Source of the DNA: Octopus vulgaris
Taxonomy: Eukaryota
NCBI GenBank assembly: GCA_951406725.2
Contig: OX597822.1
Location: forward strand, 76,694,001 to 76,758,000
Direction: 5' to 3'
DNA: 64,000 nucleotides
Shown: piece after piece, positions 53,840-64,000 of the stretch
Layout of the letters: each line of letters opens with the position of its first letter
Position numbering within the stretch: position 1 is the first letter of the stretch
The notes under the pieces: model-generated
Told to the model about the DNA's origin: nothing
The model's input: only the letters and a program-made list of their open reading frames with translations
Databases searched by the model: none
Translations under genes and position numbers: made by a program

Positions 53840-54298
53840 TATTAGGAAAAATATACAGGGTAGGAAAAATTATAGAAACTTTTTCTACCAGTGGCCTAGC
53901 ATGCAGGAAATAGTCAATAGACTATATATTATTCAAATAAAATTAGTGTACATTTAAACACATAAGAGGTGCCTTGACAGGACACCTATCATTCTAGAAG
54001 GAACAGTCAAATCCAAATCACAGTTAGGGGTAATTTCGAAGGGAATGAAAAATAAAGACCTTTACCATATTTAGTAACATGACCATTGTTTCGAACTTTA
54101 ATTAGCAAATAAAATAATTTGCTAGGCAAAGTTCTTATCAATGAGTATGGCAAAGATTAACATATAAGTATGAGGCAGAATAGCGCATGTCTCATCTGTA
54201 TATATTATTTTTCAAATCCATCATGCAAGCACAGTCCTTCTAGTATACTAGGTGTCTTGTCAAGGCAACTCATATGTGTTTAAATATACACTAATTTC
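53840..54298. mobile_element. Fold-back with about 63-bp arms and a decayed hammerhead-like motif in the spacer
   Basis: Arms 53940-54002 / 54235-54297; minus 54076-54145: ttgataa-GAACTTT...AAAGTTC-GAAA-caatgg-TC. Confidence 0.6.
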
Positions 54299-54300
54299 AT

Positions 54301-54368
<68 letters not shown>

Positions 54369-54374
54369 GTTCTG

Positions 54375-54493
54375 TGTAAGCCTAGTACTTATTCTATCAG
54401 TCTCTTTTGCGGAACCAACAAGTTACAGGAAGATAAACACACCAACATCTGTTATCAAGCGATGGTGGAGGGACAAACACAGACACACAACTG

Positions 54494-54547
<54 letters not shown>

Positions 54548-54705
54548 CAATGGGCTTCTTTCAGTTTCCATCTATCAAATCCACTCACAAGGCTTTGGTC
54601 GGCCTGAGGCTATAGTAGAAGGCACTTGCCCAAGGTGCCATGCAGTGGGACTGAAACCAGAACCATGTGATTGGTAAGCAAGCTACTTACCACACAGCTA
54701 CGCCT
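54375..54705 (-). mobile_element. Family B SINE
   Basis: Match to the other family B copies. Confidence 0.85.
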
Positions 54706-56193
54706 GTACACACACAAACACACACACATATATACAGACACATACACATATTTTTTACATAGGTAGATATATATATATATAGATATATACATACCTACAT
54801 ATGCACACACTCACGCACACACACATACACACGTACATGTGTGTACATACAAATATGTGCTTTTACATAAATTCGGGATTAATCACATATATTTGCAATA
54901 GAATGCAGCACCCCTTAAGGTGTATGGCGACATAAACATTACGAATACAGTTGTATGGGTGTGTGTATGGCTGTATGTGGAACAGTGTATCTGTCTGTGA
55001 GCGTATCAGTGTATGTGTGTGTGTGTAGTCTGTATGTGTGTGTGGAAGGGATGTGATTTATGCCAACAAACAAATCAAATGAGCCCTTTCAACCTTGTGA
55101 ACTATAGTCTCCGTTTTGTCGAATAAATATTCATAATTATTCTCATTAAGGAGAGGACGACTCACACGTAGCTACTTGTACGGACATACATATATATATT
55201 GTCACACACACATGCATACATATGTGAATTTGAACACAAGCATACATGTGTACACGTACGCACTATCTTGCATGCATAAATGCACATGCACATACATTTG
55301 TGTGCGCACCTATACATACTGACATGTGCATGCACATGTAATTCAACGCAGACATACATGTGTACACATGCTGCCTTCTGCACATATATTCAGATGCAAG
55401 TGTGCACATTTGCTGTACACACTTGCACATAAAGTATTGGGTACACATGTGCACTTAACCCCAAACGTTTATGAACACATACAGTCCTGCACACATGAAT
55501 GCATCTGCACACAAACATTTGCATGTGCACACTTATATATATACATGGACACCCACATGCACTTGAATACAAGCATACATATATACACAGTCTTGCATGC
55601 ATAAATTCGCATGTACACATACAATTGCATGTGTGCATTACCACATGTATTGTCATGTACAGGCTTGTGCACTTAAACACACAGCCTTGCATGCATAAAC
55701 GCACATTCACACACATATATATATGCAAATGTGCACACATTCAAAGAAAGAAATCATCTTAAGCATATAATCTCTTGAATTAATGGTTCTCAGGATAGAC
55801 TTGTCTCCTTAATCTTGGCGTTTGTTGTTTCCCAAACTATCATAGCAATTTATTGGAAGGTTCTTAAATTTTTATAGATTTATCATCATCACCACCATTA
55901 TCATCACCACCACCATCATCATCATCATCATTATCATCATTATCATCATCATCATCATCATTATTTAGGTGGCAAGCTAGCAGAATCATTTCAATTTCAG
56001 ACAAAATGCAAAGTGACATTTCTTTCAACTCTTTAGATCCTAAGTTCAAATGCCACCAAAGTCGACCTTGCCGTACATTTTTTTGGGGTGGGTGGGTGGG
56101 GAGGCATTAAACTAAGTACCAGCTAAGCTCTGGTGTTGACATAATTGATTAACCTCCTCCCCACAAAATTTCAGACCTTATGCTAACAGTAGA

Positions 56194-56224
<31 letters not shown>

Positions 56225-56633
56225 CATTATTATTATCATTATTAACAAAGTGGTTGGCGTTAGGAAGGGCATCCAGCTGTAGAAACACTGCCAGATCAGA
56301 CTGGGCCTGGCACAGCCTTCTGGCTTCCCAGACCCCAGTTGAACCGTCCAACCCATGCTAGCATGGAAAGTGGACGCTAAATGATGATGATGATGATGAT
56401 GATGATGAAGGCAGTATGCTGGCAGAAACATTAGCATGCTGGGCAAAATGCTTAGCAGTATTTCATCTGTCTTTACATTCTGAGTTCAAATTCTGCCAAA
56501 GTAGGCTTTGCCTTTCATCCTTTCTTGGTAAACGAATTTAGTACCAGTTGCATACAAGGGCCAATCTAATCAACTGGCCCCCTCCGCAAAAGTTTCAGGC
56601 CTTGTGCATAGAGTAGAAAAGATTATTATTATA

Positions 56634-56663
<30 letters not shown>

Positions 56664-56665
<2 letters not shown>

Positions 56666-57270
56666 GTCTCTTATATTCCTTCTGGGCTAGTGGCGTACAT
56701 TGGCTGGTAATATGCGATACAGTTTCACCGTTTTGTCCACAGATTCTGCACTTATCACTTTCTACTGCGTTGTCTATTCTGTATTTTATGCAGTTTGTTC
56801 TTAGTGCTTGCTCTTGGGCAGTACAGATTAGAGCCTCCGTTTCCGGTTTTAAATCACTTTTAGTCATCCACAGCCATCTTTTTTCTCTGTCTATCTTATC
56901 TTCAACATCCCTCTGAAATTGACCATGCATTATTTTCTTTACTCACCTATTTTCAGTTTCATTCATTTTCAGTTTCTTGTATAGTGATTTATCTTTGCAA
57001 TCTTTTATCCTACACAAGCCTGACCTTCTTACTTCTAATAATAGCAGTTCTGTGGCATTTTTTACATACCATGCTACATTGTTTTCTTCTTCTTTAATCC
57101 TGTGTTCACATCCACTAAGTCCTCTTCTCCCTCTTTTTTTTGGTACATACAGTTTGTCTGTGTCACTTTTTGGGTGGAGTGACCATATCTAGTTAGTAAC
57201 TTCTTTGTCTTTCTGTCTAAGCTGTTTAGTTCGTCTACTGTCCATGCAATACCCCTGCTCCAATACCTTT
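56664..57270 (-). mobile_element. R4/Dong-type non-LTR fragment (post-RT region with CCHC knuckle), within (TAA)n
   Basis: HPKSDTDKLYVPKKEGRRGL...MHGQFQR...WMTKSDLKPETEALICTAQEQALRT...CRICGQNGETVSHITSQC; (TAA)n on both sides. Confidence 0.88.
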
Positions 57271-57292
57271 ATGATTATTATTACTATTATTA

Positions 57293-57353
<61 letters not shown>

Positions 57354-57805
57354 CATTACTATCATCATCATCATCATTATTATTATCAATAAGGTGGTTA
57401 GCTGGCAGAATTACTCTGCCACAAAATGAGCTTTGTGGCATTCCTGCCAGCTTTACATTTTGAATTCAAATTTTGATGAGGTCAACCTTAGACTGGAACA
57501 CCTTTAATAATAAGCCTGGTCAGTCGTGGCTGACCCCCGCCCCCATGCTAAACAATAACAGAGTAAAAAAAACACAAAATAGGATACTATCCAATATAAA
57601 CTGCCGCAAGGTAATACATAGAGAGTACATATGAACTTGAAGTAGTTTGCATCGATGAAATTACCATAAGATAAAATATAACACATGGTGAATATTACTC
57701 CAAAACATGAAATATTCTACAAGATAAGCAACTGTGTTCTGCGTCCATTGTTGTAAGAAGAATAGTTGTAACATAATGTACAGAAGCACATAAGGAACAG
57801 GATTA

Positions 57806-57842
<37 letters not shown>

Positions 57843-59304
57843 GCTCTGGAGGATCTTCTATGTCACAGCATAAAATTTATTCCGCTGTTTTTATTATCTC
57901 TGCTCCCTTTAGGAGTACAGTGCTATAAATGAAGCCTGACGAAAGCCCCTGTGAAAGGATTTGGTACCCAGGAAAAGAAAGAAGTCTGTCATGTGTGTGT
58001 GTGTGTGTGTATACATATATACACATGCATGTAAATACATATACATAAATATATATATATGTATATATACATGTATGTATGTATGTATGTATGTATGTAT
58101 ATATGTATATATGTATGTATATATGTATATATATATATATCATCATCATCATCGTATGTATGTATATATATATATATATGCATATATATATGTGTGTGTG
58201 TGTATATATATATATATGTACATCTATTCATATATATGTATATGTATACATGTACATATATGCATATATATATGTGCATATATGTACGTGTATATATATA
58301 TATATATATATATGTATTCTGTGTGTGCATGTATTTGTGTGAGAGATTCCATGTTCCCCTCATCTACATGTGTGCTTGTTCACCGTTTGTAAACCGAAGG
58401 CTAGAAGCAAACAATAATGTCATTCTATCTCTAGATGTGAAAAGATATCTGGCTTGTCTTCTACACGCTTCATGCTAAACCTACCCATATACACCTCATC
58501 AATGCCCATTCTTATACATACATTTCCTTGCATTATCTCCCACACACACACACACACACATTCCCTTCTATTCTCCTCACCTCTCTCTTTCTCTCATTTC
58601 CATTTCTATAGCAATTCCATTGTAGGATTTTGCTATTTACCCAAATTATTATCATGTAAGTATAGGAAAATACCGAAAGCTACTTAAGAATGCAAGATAA
58701 AGAAGGAAAATATTTATTTATTTATTTGCTATTGAATAAATTCATTCCTTTTCTACAGTTTGTGCTTTAAGTGGCTTTCATTATTTTCCTTGTAACATTT
58801 GTTGTTGTTGGGCTCTGTTTGTCAATGATACCGTCGATGTTGTATGTTGGTGACATTATTGGACATCTATTAAGCATGAGGATTTCTTCAAGATCACTTA
58901 ATTCAGGAAAGCTAAAAGTAGGGAAACATGTTACATTAAGGTGTATGGTATGGCTATGAAGTTCAGTTTGTAATCACTTGGTTCTTGGTTCAACCCCCTC
59001 TCACAGCACCTTTGACAAGTTTCTCTGGTTGACGGATACATTTTGGGTGAAATTTGGTATTTTAGACTTCTTTGCGCTGATGTACCTGTTCTCTTAATAT
59101 GCACTGATTTGCAAATATACGTTTGCATTGTATAATGCATAGCATATATATTTGTGCAGACATGTAAACATAATTTATTACACACTGAAAATATCATTAC
59201 ATAAAGACGGCTGTGAAACAACTGTAATCCTAAGGATGACAATTAGTTAAATAAATATATTCACCTCTCCTGGTTTTTATGGGTTATGAATATATAAAAC
59301 ATTA

Positions 59305-59690
59305 TCATTGCCAGGGCTGCTGACTGGTGCTCGTGCAGGTGGCATGTAAAAAGCACCATTCAAGTGTGATCATTGCCAGTGTTGCCTTACTGGCACATGA
59401 AAAACAACATTTGAGCATGATCATTGTCAGTGCTGCCAGACTGGCTCCTTTGCGGGTGGTATGTAAAAAAACACCCTTTCTGAGTGGTCATTGCCAGTAC
59501 TGCCTGACTAGCCTTCATGCTGGTGGCATATAAAAGCACCCACTACACTGTCAGAGTGGTTAGCGTTAGGAAGGGCATCCAGATCACATTGGAGCCTGGT
59601 GCAGCCATCTGGTTCACCAGTCCTCAGTCAAACTGTCCAACCCACACCAGCATGGAAAGCGGACATTAAATGACAATGATACTGATGATA
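59305..59690 (+). mobile_element. RTE 3' UTR fragment (family C)
   Basis: UTR tandem units plus tail. Confidence 0.8.
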
Positions 59691-59699
59691 TATATGTAT

Positions 59700-60055
59700 A
59701 TAGGCACAGACATGGCTGTGTGGTAAGAAGTTTGCTTCCCAATCACACGGTTCTGAGTTCAGTCCCACTGTGTGGCACCTTGGCTAAGTATCTGCTGCTG
59801 TAGCTTCACGCCGACCAAAGCCTTGCGAGTGGATTTGGTAGATGGAAACTGAAAGAAACCTGTCGTATATGTGTGTGTCCCACCATCACTTGACAACCAA
59901 TGCTCGTGTGTTTACACCCCATAATTTAGCAGTTCAGCAAAAGAGACCAATAAAACAAGTACTAGGCTTAAACATAAGTCCTGGGGTCTATTTACTTGAC
60001 TAAAGGTGGTGCTCCTACATGGCCGCAGTCAAATGACTGAAACAATGAAAAGAAT
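59700..60055 (+). mobile_element. Family B SINE, full length
   Basis: Head, core and tail all present. Confidence 0.85.
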
Positions 60056-60820
60056 ATAAAAATATATATATATTTAGAGAGAGAGAGAGAGAGACACACA
60101 TACACACACACACACGTATATCCATGCGTCCTCACTCACACTGGTTTACACACACAGACACATACATGTGTGTATGAATCTCTGCATATCTGGTGTAAAA
60201 TTGAGTTGATTTAAAAGCTAACTGTTATAAACGACAATGGCATCCTGTATAAATTGCTACTCTGGGTTGAAGAGAAGAAACTGAACTGGTGACTTGTATC
60301 TAATAAATTAGATAAAAAGTTATTTAATTTGATTGAATTGGGAAGCTAAAGTGCATTATATTTTATAAAACATTGTTTCATAAGTGATTGGGGTAATGGT
60401 GAAGATGGTTTAAATAACATAATTTAATAAATATTCATATATTTTTGTTTCCAAAATTTCATATATTTAATACAAGGTTTTATAATAACTGATGAAAGAG
60501 GGAACAAATATTAAAAATTAATGTTCATAATTTAACAGAGAGAAAGCAATTTAAAGGAGCATATAAGGAAATTATACAGAATTTATTATTGTTAGTAAAT
60601 TCAGTGGCAAAGAGGGAGGTATGGAAATATTTTGTGTCAGATATAAAGAAATTAAGGAAGAAATAAGAAAAATTGTTGCGCAAAAATTAAAGTATGTAAG
60701 TAATGTATGTAATATCTATTCTGGTAAATAAAAGGTGATTGCAGAGTGGAATAATGGAGCAAAATATAAGATATAATTTGGTATGATTAAAAGATTTAAA
60801 GAGAAATTTAAGATAAAAGT

Positions 60821-61060
60821 ATATTAACAAATTTAGAATGATAAAAATATATTAAGGAATATAGAATAATAAAAATATTTAAGCAATATAAAATAATAAA
60901 AATATTTTAAGCATTATATAATAATAAAAATATATTAAATTTAAAATAATGAAAATATTTTAAGCAATGTAAAATAATAAAAATATATTAACAAATTTAA
61001 AATAACAAAAATATTTTAAGGAATTTAAAATAACAAAAATATATTAAGGAATTTAAAATT
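60821..61060. repeat. AT-rich minisatellite, about 28-bp unit, roughly 8-9 copies
   Basis: Unit approximately aatttaaaataataaaaatattttaagc. Confidence 0.8.
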
Positions 61061-61552
61061 AAGTTTATATTTAAAATTAAAATATTTGCAAAAAAAGTTT
61101 TTTGATATTAGCAATTACCTGACTATTAAATTATGAACATTAATTTTCAATATATTTCTTTTTCAATCTAACAGTTTTTGTTTTATTTTGCTTTTTTTTC
61201 TACTTGTTTCAATCATTGGACAGTGGCCATGCTGGGGCACTTCCTTGAAGAGGTTTTAGTCAAATAAATATAACCAAGTTTTTCATTTTTTTTTTTAAGT
61301 CTGGTATTTGTTTCATCAGTCTCTTCTACTGAACTGCTAAGTTATGAGGATGTAAACTCCCGTTGATAAATGGTTGGGCCAGAGACAAATGTAAAGACAT
61401 ACACACACATGCATGCACATGTCCACATGCACATGCAGACACGTGCACACACACACACATACACAGGCAGGGAAAGAGATAAGAGACCACTGCTATAGCC
61501 TGAGTCTGACGAAAGCATAGATTTGGCAGATGGAAACTGCAAGAATCCCTTC

Positions 61553-61605
<53 letters not shown>

Positions 61606-62423
61606 ATGTGTGTGTGTGTGTGCATATGTGTTGTGCTTGTATGTGTTTGTGTGTGTATGTGTGTGTGTGTGTTACTTCTTGTCATGACAAATGTCCTTAT
61701 CATGCAAGGAGTCTTCTCCTTTCCCAGTTTTCTGAAGAAAGCATTGCAAGTGGATTTGGCAGATGGAAACTGCAAGAATCCCTTCTATATAAATATGTGT
61801 GTGTCCATATGAGTTGTGCTTGTGTGTGTGTTACTTTCTCCTTGTCTTGACGAATGTCCTTATCATACAAAGAGTCTCCTTCTTTCCCAATCTTCCATGA
61901 AAACATGTCTGGTCTTGGGGAAGTATTTGCCTTTCTTGGAAACACGTGAGGGACACTAACAGGAAGGACATCCAGCAGAAGAAAATCCACCTCAGCACAT
62001 GCCAGCATGGGAAACTGGACCCTAAAGCGAGACAAAGAAAAAAGAAACCAACACAAATATGAAGAGAGTCAGAAAGAGAGAGGGAGAGAGAAAGACAGAG
62101 AGAGAGAAAGAGAGAGAGGTTTATAAAAATGTTGGACTGGAAAACAATGATGATGGTGGTGATGATGATGATATAAATAATTATTTGGAGCTGATGTGAT
62201 TGACCATCCCCCCTCCCCTCAAATTCCAGGCCTTCTACCTATAGTAGAAAGGATTATTATTATTATTATTATTAATAACTTATGATGAGCAGAATAATTT
62301 TATGAGGAGGAGGCAGAGGAAGATATGATGTCATTGTAATGACAGAAATAATGATAAGAAGGAAGATAATGTCAAAATGATGATCCTCATGTTATATTTC
62401 ATAATGATTGTAAGAATGATACC

Positions 62424-62780
62424 ATGACGATGACGATGATGATGATGATGATGACGATGACGATGACAATGGTGATGATAAAGGCAATGATGATGAAGAC
62501 AGTGATAATGATGACGATGATGATGATGAGAATGATGATAACGATGACGATGATATTGATGATGACGATGATGATGATGCTGATGATGATAAAGGCAATG
62601 ATGATGAAGACAATGATGAACATGATGACAATGATGATAACGATGATGAGAATGATGACGACGACAATGATGATGATGATGATGGTGGTGATGATGATGA
62701 TAGGGAGAAGGAGGAGGAGGATGGTGCTGGTGATGCTGGTGCTGTTGTCAGTGATGCTGATGCTGGTGATGGTCATGATA
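62424..62780. repeat. (GAT)n tract with an internal ~109-bp duplication
   Basis: gatgataaaggcaatgatgatgaagaca occurs near 62474 and 62585. Confidence 0.85.
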
Positions 62781-63337
62781 ATGTGTTTCTGTGCAGGACA
62801 CGTTCATTTTTTTTTGTTTTTCATCTATATTTCAATCTTTTCTGATGATGATAATTTCATGATGATGATCAATGATGATGCAGATAAGGTTGATGACAAC
62901 GATGAGGATAGAAAAGAGAGCAATGATGATAAGGGTGAGGATTATAGATAATGCCACACTGGAAATATGATGATGATGATGATGATATCGATGATTTCTC
63001 GTATTTGCCACATGGGCAATGAATGAGGGGACAATAAAATTTGTGGGGTTTTGCAGAGAATTGATAGGTATGGACAATAAGAATATAGAAACTGCATGAA
63101 ACAAAATGACACATTAAGGGGACAAGCTTTTAGGTAAAATTAAGGAACTCCTCAGAGCAATGATTGCCTCGTAACATGGGTATTTGTTCTTCCTCCCAGT
63201 TATGTTTGACAGGTGCTTGTTATGTGTAAGGCTATTTACTCAAGCAGTAATTATATAAGAAAATATAAAGATTATGAAGTTATAATAATAAGAAGAAGAA
63301 GAATAAAAATAATAATAATAATAATAATAATAATGAG

Positions 63338-63673
63338 GAGACCCTTTTGGTCATGAATGACCATGGGATTGCACCTAGAAAGTTACCCTCCAAGGCACAA
63401 GTCCAGCCAAGGTTGTTTGTGGAAGGCCAGCAGTCACCCATGCATATCAGCCTCCCCTCTCCACACCACTGCTGTTATCCAAGGGAAAGGCAAAGGGGCC
63501 TATACAGCTTGGCACCAGTGATGTTGCAATTCATTTCTACAGCTGAGTTAACTGGAGCAATGTGAAATAAAGTGTCTTGCTCAAGAACACAACACGCAGC
63601 CTGGTCCGGGAATCGAACCCACCACGTCACGGTTGTAAGCTCAACGCTCTATCCACTGAGCCATGTACCTTCA
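63338..63673 (-). mobile_element. tRNA-derived SINE family H, full length
   Basis: Minus strand: tggctcagtggatagagcg...gggttcgattccc...ttgtgttcttgagcaagacacttt; embedded in (TAA)n. Confidence 0.85.
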
Positions 63674-63674
63674 C

Positions 63675-63709
<35 letters not shown>

Positions 63710-63711
<2 letters not shown>

Positions 63712-64000
63712 CTAAACAGAAAAGAAATAGACAAAGCAAAATCCCAACAATGGCTGAGAATCTCGGGACGCAAAGCAGAGACTGAAGAATTTTTAATTGC
63801 ACAAGACCAAAGCTTTCCCACCAGAAATTACCAAAAGCATGTAATGAAAAGAAATACAAGTAACTGCAGAATATATGGTGATGGAGAAAAAACAATTAAT
63901 CATATTGTCTCTGGCTGCCCAGTCCTGGCTAAAAAGCAATATATTCACAGACACGATAGAGTTGGTACCTGTATACACTAGAACCTATACCAACACTATG
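63710..64000 (+). mobile_element. Second R4/Dong-type fragment (different subfamily), following (TAA)n
   Basis: IDKAKSQQWLRISGRKAETEEFLIAQDQSFPTRNY...CRIYGDGEKTINHIVSGCPVLAKKQYIHRHDRVG; runs off the window end. Confidence 0.85.

Noticed and set aside
57936-57960. CTGACGA...GAAA hammerhead-like string (similar at 61506)
   Set aside because: Mutated family B SINE sequence (gccgaccaaagccttgtgagtgg) with no stems.
61519-61870. Local duplication of gatttggcagatggaaactgcaagaatcccttc
   Set aside because: Ordinary partial tandem duplication within a SINE remnant.

Overview
AT-rich, microsatellite-saturated animal genomic DNA. The SINE repertoire and density of (TA)n/(CA)n/(ATC)n tracts suggest an octopus (cephalopod) genome; this is an inference. 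Only one convincing protein-coding exon is present: 27556-28023 (+), a phase 1-1 exon ending in an EGF-like domain. The window therefore looks like giant introns of an extracellular EGF-domain gene. Nearly all ORFs in the supplied track are microsatellite artefacts. The rest is a layered record of mobile DNA: tRNA-derived SINEs, RTE, CR1 and R4/Dong LINE fragments, a DD37D maT element, piggyBac, hAT and Tc1-type MITEs, and a HINE-like element. The most interesting signal is a dense set of minimal type I hammerhead ribozyme (HHR) motifs from at least six distinct sequence families, mostly in fold-back Penelope-like insertions. One family has a tRNA-like Pol III promoter, then (AAT)n, then an HHR. 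In one copy this module sits about 25 nt downstream of the stop codon of a Penelope GIY-YIG-like ORF end, and it also occurs as short palindromic TSD-flanked copies. All structures were read by eye; no folding or database search was run.
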